From the NCBI GenBank assembly GCA_964016885.1, contig OZ024755.1, forward strand, positions 40,858,001-40,922,000: 64,000 bases of DNA, in the 5' to 3' direction. The notes below the pieces were generated by a model, which saw nothing but the letters and a program-made list of their open reading frames with translations, was not told the origin of the DNA and searched no databases. The position numbers and the translations under genes are program-made. Of this stretch, positions 12,139-25,020 are shown piece after piece; the stretch's first letter is position 1; each line of letters starts with the position of its first letter. The DNA is from Eledone cirrhosa (taxonomy: Eukaryota).

Positions 12139-12498
12139 ATACAAATAGTGAAAACAATGAAAGTAAACAAAATATGGGTAATTCATAGTAAAACTTATTA
12201 TTTTACGATCGTTTCTGGGGGGGTAGTTCTCCGTATGTTCATTCTATTAGTGATATATGTAAAATATATTACAAATGATCAAAGTAAGAAAATATACATA
12301 AGTCTTCCCTACACGCCGTATGTATATTTTCTTACTTTGATAATTTGTATTATATTTTACATAGATCACTAATAGAATGAATATCACTAATAGAATGAAT
12401 ATACGGAGAACTACCCCCAGAAACGATCGTAAAATAATGAGTTTTACTATGAATTACCCGTATTTTGTTTAATTTCATTGTTTTCACTATTTGTATTA
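11977..12498. repeat. Nested inverted duplications around (TA)n
   Basis: 11977-12055 is inverted at ~12133-12213 and repeated directly at ~12421-12498. A larger fold-back is centred near 12310. Confidence 0.85.
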
Positions 12499-12630
12499 TT
12501 TTGACTCTGCTTCCAATGAATTATATCATTGAAATTTTGTATTTTAAACTTTGCTTCACGACATCTTCTACATACGGATTACATTCAGTTCTTCATACGG
12601 CTTGGACCCTACTATTAATTGGTGGATTTA

Positions 12631-12688
<58 letters not shown>

Positions 12689-12953
12689 TATATATTTGTG
12701 TACAGATACTTTTGCATACACAATAACAAAATATAAACAAACGTATTTATTTCACGAGGCTCGATAAGGATAAATATATATCAAATATATAAGAACCCTA
12801 GAGCAAATCCCGAGCAACGCCGGGCCATTCTAATAAATTTTAATTCGTCGCACCACTGATTCTCCGTTTCTTATGTGATATTATACTCTGCTCTGTAAGA
12901 GCATCGAGTGCTCAAACGGCCTACCGCATACGGACGCTTTTACCATCCCCCAC

Positions 12954-12989
<36 letters not shown>

Positions 12990-13215
12990 AATACATATAT
13001 ATATATATAGGAACAAGTAGGACCCTGACGGCTGAGCTCAAGCCGTTTCGACAGCTAATTCTGGACTAAAAATTACCCACTCTACTACCCTAAGTATTGA
13101 GTACTTTGGTGCGTTATGGTCCATCTGGTTCCTTACCACATTTTCTTCGTTATATATATATATATATATATCAATGATATTAGATAAATGGAAACTATAT
13201 TTATAAAACCATATT

Positions 13216-13288
13216 TATTCTATTATATATATTTCAAGGGTACCAAAAAGGGTACCAAAACTTTGGTACGCACTCATCAGATAAAATA
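13216..13288 (-). ncRNA. Minimal hammerhead ribozyme (small duplication in stem II)
   Basis: TATTTTAT-CTGATGA-..GTACCAAA..TTTGGTAC..-GAAA-TATATA-TA-ATAGAATA. Confidence 0.75.
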
Positions 13289-14997
13289 CAAAGTTTGTTT
13301 TATAAATATTGATATATCCAGGAGGAAGAAGATCTTAACGGTTCAAGTTTTTTCTAGATAGTAAAAGGAAAGATGGGAAAGAGAAGAAAAGTCAAATATT
13401 TCAAATTATCAAGATGAATATGCAAATGAGGTTGAGGTATAGGGCTGAAAAAAACCGTTATTTTTAGACGCTAGATAGATTTAAATAATTATTTGGATAT
13501 ATGTATGTATGTGTAGGAAGAAGAAAGAGAAAGAAAGAAAAGCTTGTATTTACGTTAATTTAAAAAGAATTAACAGTTTGTAGGAATGGTGGAATATGGT
13601 TCCAGAATTTAAAAAATTATTTAGCTATATTATGAGTTATAATATTATATATATAATCAATTAATTATATGAAGAATTATGGTTGTAAGTACATTTTATC
13701 TTATTACATTGCAACAGGTTATAAGTATATAAATATCTATATAGATTAATAATTGTGCAAGTATAAGTATTATTGGTGATTTTATAGAAATAAACCACAC
13801 GTATTAATTGTTTACATTTCAAAAATGAGTTACGAAGGAAGTTGATTTTACATTTTACATAAATATTTAAGAAAAAGACGTAGTTCAAATTGTAAGAGAA
13901 GAACAAAAAGTATGTAGAGAAAATTATATATTATTTTGTGTGAGATTATAAGGTATTTTATATTATATGTTTTTCAAGGATGATAATTTCAATTATATAT
14001 TATTTACGTCGAAAGATGTGTGAAAAGTTTGAAGATTAAAAGAGGAAAAAATGTATTATTAGATAAGTCAAGAGTGCATTTAGAAGAACTACCGTAAAGA
14101 GGATATATTTCAGAATGTCAATTAAAGAGTATCAATCTACATCTAAAAAATAGATTAAGAAGAGTATCATTAGGAAAAGAATATCAAATGATAAAAATAC
14201 TAAATTTAAGAAGGAAGATTAAAAAATTAAAATTTTTAAAGAAAAACTCAGTAAATAATAGGATCATTTTAAAGGTGTATAAGATATAGTCAAGTATAAT
14301 GAGTATCATAGATTAAAAATACTTCGGAAAGTGGATTTTTGGCGATGTCTGCAAGAAAAAAATAATTTTGTTTTTAAATTAATAGAGTTTTGACAGTTAA
14401 TTATATAAAAAATTTCCTCGATACATAAATGACAAATTCTTGAGGAAGCCATATTTCGGTATGAAGGTGCTTTCGGAATCGTTCCCCAGGATATTGAATA
14501 GTCTATATTGTTGTTCTTTAAATTCCAAATTAGATGTGAAAGTGAAGTGGAAGATTTTTTATCGGACCTATTAAATGTATGTTTGTGGTTGTACCAGCGT
14601 TCTTTATCAGCCAGGAGTACCTTAAAGGCCTCAAGAATAAAATAAACAGTCTAGAAAAAAAAAGAAGCTCCTTGCAAAATCTGACAAAACCAATCTTTGT
14701 TTTTTCCATACCTATAAACTGTTAATTCTTTTTAAATTAACGAAAATACAAGCTTTTCTTTCTTTTTCTTTCTTCTTCCTACACATACATATATATATCT
14801 TAATAATTATTTAAATCTATCTAGCGTCTAAAAATAACGTTTTTTTTTCAGCCCTATACCTCATTTGCATACTCATCTTAATAATTTGAAATATTTGACT
14901 TTTCTTCTCTTTCCCTTCTTTCCTTCACTATCCAGAAAAAACTTGAACCGTTAAGATCTTCTTCCTGGTTATGTCAATATTTATAAAACCAACTTTG

Positions 14998-15058
14998 TAT
15001 TTTATCTGATGAGAGCGTACCAAAGTTTTGGTACCCTTGAAATATATATAATAGAATA
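14998..15058 (+). ncRNA. Minimal type I hammerhead ribozyme
   Basis: TATTTTAT-CTGATGA-GAGCGTACCAAA gt TTTGGTACCCTT-GAAA-TATATA-TA-ATAGAATA; 8-bp stem I. Confidence 0.88.
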
Positions 15059-15190
15059 AGTATGGTTTTATAAATATAGCTTCCATTTATTTAATTTATT
15101 AATATTATACTCCAGAAAACTTGTCGAGTGCTTCGAATCAGTTATAAACATATATTTGTTGAATTACCGACAAATTAAATATCCCTTTTG

Positions 15191-15233
<43 letters not shown>

Positions 15234-15350
15234 ATTTAAAGGGTATATACACATAAACTAGACAGAGCCATAGATATATGTATATTTTTGGCAACCATTC
15301 ACGGTGTGGCTCAATGACGAATTAATTAAATAAATAATCAACAATCAGTG

Positions 15351-15408
<58 letters not shown>

Positions 15409-15453
15409 TTATTCTTTTTGTTCTTCTTAGGAGCGTCGTGGGGGCAGAGTCCT

Positions 15454-15525
15454 CAAATATTTGTATAACCGACTGGACTCGCTGGAAGGAGTTCCAGCGA
15501 GTCCAGTCGGTTATACAAATATTTG
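15454..15525. repeat. 72-bp fold-back palindrome upstream of an HHR cassette
   Basis: 34-bp arms separated by a 4-nt spacer, GGAG. Confidence 0.95.
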
Positions 15526-15984
15526 GTTAGCAGCAGTAATGTTGTGAAGTCACAGAAATGTAGGAATGATACAATATTAAATACAGTAACGAGGAAATCA
15601 GTGTAGAACAATTTCAGTTAAATCAGATAAATTTTACAAGCCAAGGGAGATAAATATTGTAGCATACCGAAGCAGACCTGCTCCAGTTCTTTCCCTTGGA
15701 CTGTTAGATGAATTAGATAACTTTTACGCAACGACATCCATCACACGATTAAGATATTTGGCAGTTAATGGCCGAGAATGATGAAGATATCAAGACACTG
15801 ACAAGGGTTATGATAACATTATTCGTATTAATCTAAAACAAATATGAATTATCTAACTCTCTGCTACTTCCGAATCTTTATTAGAGACACTACTGACCTC
15901 CCAGGCAGGCCTGGGGTCTTTATCTCGCCTACATATTGTCCAACGCTCTACCGAGTGCATTTTATTGTGGCATCTGCATTCGGA

Positions 15985-16037
15985 TTGCCTGAAGAGGTCA
16001 CAGCCAATAATAGCTGTCACCGAAATATATATAGCAG
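15985..16037 (+). ncRNA. Minimal type I hammerhead ribozyme
   Basis: TTGC-CTGAAGA-GGTCACAGC..GCTGTCACC-GAAA-TATATA-TA-GCAG. Diverged relative of the 5546 copy. Confidence 0.82.
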
Positions 16038-16117
16038 AGAATTTATAATAAACGAAACCAAATTTAACATGTTTGACTTACTTATATACATATTTATATA
16101 TATATATACATATATAT

Positions 16118-17038
16118 TTCTGGATGTCGGTGAGCATGTCCAGCTAACCTCAGTCTCCTCTGTGTCACGTTTGAGCTGACCATTGGGAGGCTCCCATACG
16201 GCTCTGAGCTTTTCATCCTCAGTGTATACTGATTAATGTTCAGAGCCATCCTCACCATTCTCGTGTAGCACCCATCCACCATCTGAGTGAGTTTCTTGGT
16301 CAGTGTCCAAGTCTCAGACACGTACAGCAGCACAGACTCCACTACAGCAATGAAGAGGCGGATTTTCAGATCTTTACGAAGGTCCAACTTCCACACCGAT
16401 CTCAAGCTGTGGCACGCCGCCCAGGCATTACTCTTCCTCTCAACCACATCATCTTCCGTATTCCCAATCTTTGCTCCCAAATACAGGAAGTCCTCAACCA
16501 ACTCTAGCGGCTTCCCGCCTACATTAGTAATCCCTTCTGGCTTCTCAACATTCTCTACAAGATATTTTGTTTTAGTCTCATTCATTCTCAGCCCCACACT
16601 CATCGACACAGCCTCAATCTCCTGCATCAAATCCTCTGCCTCCTTCACTGTATTTGTCACCAAAACTATGTCGTCGGCAAATTCAGCATCCGATACCTTT
16701 TTCGCCCTAACTCTCCTGCTCTGAGCCGGTGCTACAGTAAAGCCAGAGTCCTGGTGTTTCTCCTGTGCAAGGCGCATACAATAGTCCACTACGATGATAA
16801 AAAGGTAGGGAGCCAATGTATCTCCCTGATATCAGTTGACACTGCATTCAATGCTCCTGTGGGAGCCCCTACATGGACACACTGGAAGAGGAAGACCAAG
16901 GTTAACGTATGTTGGTGTCCTAAGGACAGACACTGGTCTGTTGGAGACGTTGGACATGGCAGCGCTAATGAGGGACAGAGACCGTTGGAGAGAACTCGTC
17001 CATGGATCTCGGGGATTTTACCCGCCCTAGATAGATAG

Positions 17039-17040
<2 letters not shown>
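16118..17040. mobile_element. RTE-group LINE with 5' inversion
   Basis: 16118-16830 (-) reads QGDTLAPYLF..FADD..YLG..RLRLAGHAHRHPE. 16835-17030 (+) continues LTLHSMLLWEPLHGHTGRGRP..DRDRW, followed by an (ATAG)n tail. Confidence 0.9.
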
Positions 17041-17105
<65 letters not shown>

Positions 17106-17265
17106 AAAATGTTCAAGACCCCGACGGCAGAGCTCGAGCAGTTTCGACGGCTATATCTGGATATATATACATAATAAACTCCGAACGAAGAAAAGTCGTG
17201 GAGTGTTTGACATCTGTTAAAGAATAAGTCGGCCGAATTTTAATCAACCAACAATCTGCAATTGA

Positions 17266-17360
<95 letters not shown>

Positions 17361-17366
17361 TGTATG

Positions 17367-18298
17367 TTCTTCTGGTTTTATAATTTCACAAAGTTTTCCC
17401 AATAGAGAGAGAGTCGGTTTCTAACATAGACACAAGACTCTCTCATTGGAATTTACACAACATCAACTAGGTAGATATGTATGTATGCATGTGTAGATAT
17501 GGATGTTATTGTATGTGTGGATGTGTATGTTTTGAGTTGTATGTGTGCATGTGTATATGCTTTGTATCTGTACATGTGTATATGCAGTTATTAGATGCAA
17601 AATGTTTGGAATGTTTTACATATTTTTACTGTTCCATTAATGGATTGTACTTGTAATTTCCTAACTAGTTGTGTTCTTTCTGTTCCTGTGAAGCCTAGCT
17701 TCTCAAGATTTGTATTGAGGCAGTTACTAACATATCCCAGTGCTCCAATAATCACAGGTATAAATCTGAAGTTGTAATCAGGGTGGAGTATCTGCAGATT
17801 TCTCATCAGTTCTGCATAAATATTCTCCTTTTCGCTGATCTTTGATATTATATTGGCATCTGCTGGGCAGCTAATTTCAACTACTGTGCATGTTTTCTTC
17901 TCCCTGTGCCATATCATAATATCTGGTCTGTTATGCCTGCATTTTATTGGGGTTTTTACTGGAACATTCCACCAGTACTCTTTCATATTATGTACATGGA
18001 TGTCTTCCACGTTGCTGTAGCTTTTAATGTGTTTATTATCGGGGCTATCGTTTTTACGGATTGCATTGTAGTGTTTTGGCCACTACATCATGCCTCATAG
18101 GTAGATAGTACCACGATGACATCTTTGGACAGCTGCTTATGACATGGGTGACATCTTCGATGTTAGTTCTGCAGAGTCTGCACTTGTTATCACATCTAGG
18201 TGTTTCGCCTGCATCCCTATCTCTTTTGTGAATCAGGTATTTCGTGTTAATCTCCTGTTCCTGGATTGCAAAAGCGTATCCTTCAAAGTGGGAGCCAA
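17367..18298 (-). mobile_element. RLE-type LINE 3' end (R4/Dong-like)
   Basis: CRLC..THVISSCP..RHDVVAK and HNRPDIMIW..VVEISCP..EKENIY..IPVIIGALG. (TATG)n on both sides. Confidence 0.8.
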
Positions 18299-18300
18299 TG

Positions 18301-18334
<34 letters not shown>

Positions 18335-19079
18335 TGTATGTATGTATGTATGTATGTATGTATGTATGTCAGGTCACCAGTTGGTGCTACTGGTAACATG
18401 TATCCCAGTACAACCTGTCTCATGGTCGGGTGGTTGGCGACTAACTGGCAACCCCACCAAGGTTTCTTGGTGAGGAGGGTGACTTTGGACATCCTGCAGG
18501 ACTAAAAACAAAACCTGTCAAAGGGCAAAGGAGCTCTTAAGAGTCAGTGGCCATCCAAAATCACCGGGAGAGATGACCCCTTAGCTTTTGTTAAGGCAGA
18601 ATTCTAGGAGAAGGAAAACTCTGATATAACACCTGCAACTCTGATGGTATCCAATGATGTTGACTTGTTCTTCTTTTTGGTAAATATCATCTTGGTTAAG
18701 AGAGTGGGACTGGCTTTGTGCAGTGCCTTTGCTCACTATAAAAGCTTCACGGCACAGGCATTTTTTTATATCTGGAGATCTCTCTGCACTTGTCATCACA
18801 TGGTATCATGGGCCCAGCACTATGTGTCAATATTTGTCACAAGTGTAGTGTTTGTACCAGAGTTTTCAAGTCGCTGGCTGGACTAAAAAGTCACACTCGT
18901 TCAGCGCATCGGTAGGAGTTCTCCTACATGGATATAAAGTAGTGGCCGTACTCGAAAACGAGTTGGCAGCCACCATGTATGTATGTATGTATGTAAAAGG
19001 TAAACAGAAATAACAACATAATCGGTACAGTATATGGAAGGAATATATTAGGTTAACGCCTGAAAGAGTTGGAAGAAGG

Positions 19080-19115
19080 TCTTAACGTTTCGGACGCTAG
19101 TCCTTCATCAGAAGA
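19080..19115 (-). ncRNA. Ultra-minimal hammerhead (classic Penelope form)
   Basis: TCTT-CTGATGA-A-GGAC tagc GTCC-GAAA-CG-TT-AAGA. Confidence 0.75.
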
Positions 19116-19211
19116 AAGAATGAGAAATATGATAGATTGAAGGGACGGACGGGTTGGAATTGGAAAAAATGTTTTTAGATAAAAATAATAGGTCCATTCA
19201 TGTTGAGATCT

Positions 19212-19263
<52 letters not shown>

Positions 19264-19304
19264 CATAGGAATTCGTATATATGCTTTTTTGAAAAATGGA
19301 AATT

Positions 19305-19995
19305 GGTCTTAAGTTTTGTAAGTACTGCTGTGATCTGGGCAGATCTGAGGAGTACTTCGCGTTTAGATCCTTCATCTGAAATGATTACCCCAAAGTATTT
19401 GAAACTGTTGACACACTCTTGTTTCTCGCCGTTGACCCTGATGTCAGTGTTGATGTCGTTGTTGTTGTTGTTGGTCATCACTTTGGTCTTTTCTACACTG
19501 ATCTGTATCTTGTAGGTGGTAGAAGTCTTATCAAGACATTCCACTAGGTTGGCTAGTTCCTCTCCCTTCCTTGCTAGACCATCTATGTCGTCGGCAAAAC
19601 CTAAGTTCACAACAGTCTTGCCACCAATGCCAACTATCCCTTCATGGTCTTCTAATGTGTCTGACATAATTCTCTCTAAGATGTTGAAGAGAGTTGGAGA
19701 GATCAAACAACCTTGCCTTAGTCCGACTGTGGTTCTGAACCAGTCCCCAAAGTTGTTGTTTAAGTAGACTGCGCTGTTGTCTTTGTCATATAAATGTTGT
19801 ATCTCCCTCATAAAATAACCATTGATGTTGTACAGCTTCATTGTGGCTCACCGGCCCACATTGCTGCGTGCCAAACCCTGTCGAACGCCTTCTTGAAATC
19901 CACGAAGACGTGGTAGAGGTCCTGTTGATGTTGGAGGTACCTTTCCATATTATTCTAAGGTTGAAGATCTGCTCTGTTGTGCTTCGCCCTGGACG
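19305..19995 (-). mobile_element. RTE (BovB-like) reverse transcriptase fragment
   Basis: RPGRSTTEQIFNLR, VDFKKAFDRVWH, GLRQGCLISPTLFN and FADDIDGLA, with frameshifts. Confidence 0.88.
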
Positions 19996-20264
19996 GATGA
20001 TCAAAGCAGTGACACAAAATAAGAAACCAGTCACTGAGGAGGTCATAGAATGTTTGACGAAAGAGCTTTGACAATACATAAACAACAATCCGGTTATTGA
20101 ACCAACCAACTGGAAACTTATAATAAATTGAAGTGAAAACCAACAGGTGCATGTGTTTTTATTGGCAGCATGACCCTCCCAAAGTATAACAATATCTGTT
20201 TCAACACACGTATTCAGACAAGAAATCTTGGAAAACAAATTCAGCAACGAAGTGTGGGAGTATG

Positions 20265-20342
<78 letters not shown>

Positions 20343-20785
20343 CGAAGGCAATCCCAAAAGTAAGGTCTCCAAAGAGATGGGGACGCAGAGAAACTGTTCG
20401 TACGGCTGTTGGCAACACTGCTGTGATTGGTGCTTCCTTTACTCCCAAACAAGCATGCGCGAGCTTCGCTGGGATGCTCAATCTTGGCTTGGCAGCCGTT
20501 GAGAATGGAGCTCCCGTTGAACGCTACCGCCAAGTGCGAAGTTCGCGCAGTTATTCGGTTTTTGAACGCAAAAGGCGTTGAACCGATTGAAATTCATCGC
20601 CAATTGACGGAAGTGTCTGGACAGTCGTGCATGGATGTCAAAAACGTTCGCAAGTGGTTTAGAGAGTTTACAGCCGGTCGTACTGAAATTCACGAGGATG
20701 CGTAAAGATCGGCGGATCACTCTGGATGCTCTCTGCATATTGGTTCTTGAGGTTTCCCGAAGCACCATCCACAGGATTTTAACGG
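20343..20785 (+). mobile_element. mariner transposon 5' fragment
   Basis: TA followed by TIR-like CGAAGGCAATCCCAAAAGTAAGG. HTH region EVRAVIRFLNAKG..EIHRQL..VRKWFREF..GRTEIHE..DRRITL. Confidence 0.85.
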
Positions 20786-20789
20786 AAAA

Positions 20790-20923
20790 CGTCATAGCAC
20801 ACTCTGTAGGCCGTGAGCCCACTTACATTTGGTCGAGATGTTTCTAGTAGCTTCCATTTCACGGAGAAGTCTATGTTCTTGTCTTTGAGTTGCCATATTT
20901 TATTTGCCAAATTGGTGGTGTTT

Positions 20924-20925
<2 letters not shown>
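20790..20925 (-). pseudogene. Penelope GIY-YIG fragment
   Basis: TTNLANKIWQLKDKNIDFSVKWKLL..RVC resembles the 23424-23636 translation. Confidence 0.7.
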
Positions 20926-20986
<61 letters not shown>

Positions 20987-21716
20987 TTCCTTTCAGAGTT
21001 CATTGTCACGCGCATGTATTGTTTTTTGGCGGTAATTCACTTCCTCATTTTTTTAATCAGTTCGAGCACTTCTTTCAGAACTGCTGGACTGGCTACCTGA
21101 CAGATACCTCAGGCACAGAAAGTGATTATCGCTAAATGCTGATGTTGGTTAGATTATCAATATTAGTATTATTGGGGCACCCACTGATGAATTATAGGAG
21201 CCCACTTGAATATATATCTATTGATGGTATACAAGCTCCTACATAAACTGGTATAATTTCACCCAAATTGTAGGAGTCCTATAATGAAACGAGACGTCCG
21301 TCTGGGAAGAGATATATTAGATATGTCTCATTTGAAATAATACAGCCAATTTTCCACGCAATACTTTTAGTTAGCACCCCGAACACATAATTGGGAATAT
21401 AATCACTTATTTCCTAATGTTTGTTGAGTGAGTTGGAATTTGGCCGGAGTATCGCTAAAAAGCTTTCTCCGATATTGTATTTATTATATATATATATATA
21501 TTTCTCTCTCTATATATATATGTGTGTATGTGTGTGTGTGTGTGTGTGTGTTTAGAAGGTGAGTAATATTGTAGAACAATAAAACTATGCATATATCCGA
21601 TAAGTAGCACTCAACAGTTGGTACAACTGGAGTATATATTAAAGAAGAAATTAAAAGATATGTAGGCTGGACACTTTCTTGTTGACAAGTGCTTTTAGGC
21701 CTCATATCATGTTACC

Positions 21717-21788
21717 ATATTTTATCTGATGAGAACACAATTTTTGTCCCAGGATGATGTTGTTTTCGAAATGCGCATAATAAAATAT
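21717..21788 (+). ncRNA. Minimal type I hammerhead ribozyme
   Basis: ATATTTTAT-CTGATGA-GAACACAA..TTGTTTTC-GAAA-TGCGCA-TA-ATAAAATAT; perfect 9-bp stem I. Confidence 0.88.
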
Positions 21789-21820
21789 ATGGAACTTTTT
21801 AAACCATCTTTTAATTTCTT

Positions 21821-21884
<64 letters not shown>

Positions 21885-21930
21885 TATTATTCAAAATGTT
21901 AAATGAAAAATATTCTCATAATCAAAATAT

Positions 21931-21995
21931 ATATTTTATTATACATATTTCAAAGGTACAATGGTGTTTAAGTACGTTTTCATCAGACAAAATAT
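21931..21995 (-). ncRNA. Minimal hammerhead at the 3' end of a Penelope-like element
   Basis: ATATTTTGT-CTGATGA-AAACGTAC..GTACCTTT-GAAA-TATGTA-TA-ATAAAATAT. Confidence 0.85.
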
Positions 21996-22647
21996 ATTTG
22001 ATTATTCAATTCCAGTATTGGCAGTGATTTATTTCACCAACTCTCAAAGTTTTTATACCACAAATATTATGATAAACTTAAAGAAGAAAAGGACGTAGAG
22101 CAAGTTAGAAATATAGAAGGGGATGCAAAGAAGAGGAAAAGGCAAGAAATAAACAAATAAATATATAAATTCATGAATAAATAAATAAATGGATGAATGA
22201 ATAAAAGAAGAAAAAATATAAAAGAAAAGAGGAATAAAGACAAGAGAGGGAAGATGTGGGGAGAGTAAAGAGGAAACGAAGGGGAATAAAGAAAAACGAA
22301 GAAAATATGAAATAGAGGGGAGAATAAAAAACCGTTGTATTCAAATGCTAGATAAAATAAGAAATCAAAAATCTATTCACATATATCAATGTATATCGCT
22401 TGTATTGGATTATGCTTTAGCTAGTTATACTTTTATATTATATCCATATTATTAGGTATAGATTACTTTCTATAGCAATCAAATATTTAAGTTAATTACA
22501 AATTTATATAATTTAATTTAGCTCATTATAGATTATTATAATTTTTGATTTTAAGGTAAGATATTCTATTAATATTTTACTACAACTTTAAAAGAATTAA
22601 TCTTTAAAGCGTATTTTAAAAATTATTAAATATGTATTAAAATATAA

Positions 22648-22827
22648 TTGTTTCTACTTTAGGCACAAGGCCAGCAATTACCCAGTGCGTTACTGGTACT
22701 TTATTTCATCAACCCCGTAAGGATGAAAGGCAAAGTCAACCTCGGCGGGATTTGAACTCAGATCGTAAAGGGACGTAACTATGCTGGAAAGCATAACGTT
22801 CGACCCTCTACCGATACTGCCAATCCA
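22648..22827 (-). mobile_element. SINE family 1
   Basis: Near-identical to 4130-4312. Confidence 0.85.
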
Positions 22828-23825
22828 TGCATATATCCCCATCAATACATATAATATATTTTGTTCATTTATTATCCAAATTAACTTAGAAATTCGCTTT
22901 ATGAAAGCTTTAATTTTCATTTATTTCTTAGAATCAAACTGTGGTTATATTTACTCTCTATAATTTTATTTCATTTAATGAATGGTTATATTTACTTCTG
23001 TATTTAATTATTCTGATATATAGTTTCCTTTTAATTTTAGTCTATGTATTATTAAACTTCATATTTCATATTTAATATGTTTTATCAAGCTAGTCAAAAA
23101 GAATTTTTTACGGATTATTCACAATATACAAGCATTTATAATTTATAGGGAATCTCTACTCTCACGTCCAGCGATATTTTAAAAGCCATAAATTATCTAT
23201 TGTATATATCGTAATGATGCCTAATTAAATATTGAACTATCCTAATTAAATTATTCCAATACATATAAATATCAATAAATTATTACTTCAATTAGGCAAA
23301 ATTTATATATATTTAAATTATAAATTGTCATTATTTTTTTGAAACTGGTACATTGCCTGGAAAGTTTTATCAATTTTATGGTGACAACTACTAAATAATT
23401 CATTTTTTTTGTTGATTAAAATGTCATAGTTTGAATCTCTTCATAGTTTGAATCTCTTCATTGCAAAGATTGCAAATTTCGGAGATTTTTTTGTTCTGGT
23501 AGGAAGTAGCATACTTTAATTTCCTCCAAGAGATGAAGTATTTAATATTATTGTCCTTTAAAGACCATACTAATTGCGAAATTGAAGTTGAACATTTCTT
23601 ATCTGGTCTATTAAAAGTATGTCTATGATTAACCAACGTTCTTTAAATTTAGATGAGGTGGCACCTATGTAGTTATATATATTATTATTTGCCTTAATGG
23701 TACATTTATACACTAGATTTTTGTCAAGGCAATTATTTTGTAAAGGACATTTAGACCTCTTTCTACAATTACATTTCTTCTCAGTGTTATTTACAGACGT
23801 TATACTATTCATATTATTATTTAAA

Positions 23826-24268
23826 GGCGTTGGATTGGCAGTATCGCTAGAGGGTCGGACGCCATGCTTTGACGCATAGAGTTACGGCCCTTGCCATTCT
23901 GAGTTCAAATTCCGCTGAGGTTAACTTTGCCTTTCATCCTTACGGGGTCGATAAAATAAAGTACCAGTAATGCACTGGATAATTGCTGGCCTTGTGCCAA
24001 AAAGTAGAAACAATTATTTAAAGGCGTTCTACTATTATTAGTGTTTAAACTATTATTATTGTTATTCCTATTCCTATGGCGGTGGATTGGCAGTATCGGT
24101 AGAGGTTCGGATGCCATGCTTTGACGCATAGAGTTACGGCCCTTGCCATTCTGAGTTCAAATCCCGCCGAGGTTAACTTTGCCTTTCATCCTTACGGGGT
24201 CGATAAAATAAAGTACCAGTAATGTACTGGGTAATTTTCTGGCCTTGTGCCAATAGTAGAAACAATTA
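23826..24268 (+). mobile_element. Two tandem SINE family 1 copies inside the PLE Asn-rich linker
   Basis: GGCG(T/G)TGGATTGGCAGTATCG..GAGTTCAAAT..GTAGAAACAATTATT at ~23826-24018 and ~24078-24268. Confidence 0.85.
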
Positions 24269-24861
24269 TTGTTATTCCTATTAACTAATATATTATTATT
24301 GTTATTTTTATTGCTAATTAGTGGTTGGTTCAATTTAAGATTTTTATTATTTATTTTTGCTATATTTTGAGCAATATTCATAGTAGTTGAGTAAGAGAGT
24401 TTAACTGTGTGTCTATTGAAGATAGGGTAATATTTATGTGATCTAGGGAAGCATTTATCCAAAGCTTTAAAAAATAAATGTGCTACAGGTGTCTTAATAG
24501 CTAAAGATGCTGGCGGAGCATACCAAATTATAGATCTAGTTCTTACTTTTTTCTTCGATTTATTCATCCAGTTGTTGTTTTTATATTCATTTTTATTATG
24601 ATTATTATGATTATAATTAATTTTATTTTGATGGATTTCAGTATTTTTATCTATATGCTCAATGTTATTGTTATATCCAGCTTTATGTAAGGCTTCATTA
24701 TAATATATAGCCTTACTATTAAATATGGATTTATTACCAGATAGCCTGGATATTCGTTGTTGTACACTGTTGACTATTGCAGGATGATTAGAATAAAAAC
24801 TCACATAATTTAAGTTTGAGAACTTAAATTATGTTAGTTTTTATTCTAATCATCCTAAATG

Positions 24862-25020
24862 TGGAAATGGAGACTTCCGGTGTTCTTGGCCCCCGTGCCA
24901 TATCTCTGCTGACTGATATTGGTTACTCATAAGTGAGAGCCCCGCGAGGTGGAGTGGCTGTTCCAGCACGTCTCCCTAGCCGTCGCCCGAGGCAATGTCT
25001 TCTCCATCCTTTCGGCCAGG
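24862..25020 (+). pseudogene. CRE-like RLE 3' fragment (second family)
   Basis: METSGVLGP..REVEWLFQHVSLAVARGNVFSIL aligns by eye with EGAWLFQSITLAITRGNAASVL of the 6669 ORF. Confidence 0.7.

Larger units (their letters stand above)
10858..12833 (+). mobile_element. Non-autonomous Helitron-like element with nested insertions
   Basis: 5' TATATATCTAAAA..(GTCT)n..AAAACTCGAGAACC..AACCGATT. 3' hairpin CCCGAGCAACGCCGGG followed by CTAA (a CTRR end). It splits an HHR cassette (10780-10857 / 12834-12955). Confidence 0.6.
13176..15160 (-). mobile_element. Penelope-like element 3' fragment with inverted terminal duplication
   Basis: GIY-YIG remnant KERWYNHKHTFNRSDKKSSTSLSHLIWNLK..ICHLCIEE at ~14405-14610 (-). 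13176-13585 is inverted at ~14710-15090, and both arms carry an HHR. Confidence 0.85.
21880..24856 (-). mobile_element. Penelope-like retroelement, 5'-truncated (RT thumb - Cys linker - GIY-YIG - UTR - HHR)
   Basis: YSNHP..RISRLS..YNEAL..GY..RSIIWYAPP..IFNRHTVKLSYS (24157-24804). CNCR..CPL..CL..VYKC..YIGAT..FKER..NHRHTF..ICNLCNEE (23424-23812). Interrupted by SINEs. Fold-back at 24781-24856. Confidence 0.9.

Noticed and set aside
12385-12440. Possible A3:U8 hammerhead (ATGAATA..GAAA-CGATCG-TA)
   Set aside because: Only the 3' half is convincing; stems I and II do not pair.
18370-18460. HDV-like ribozyme at a putative RTE 5' UTR
   Set aside because: A P4/J4-2-like GTCG..CGAC-TAA-CTGG is visible, but I could not build P1/P3 of the nested pseudoknot.
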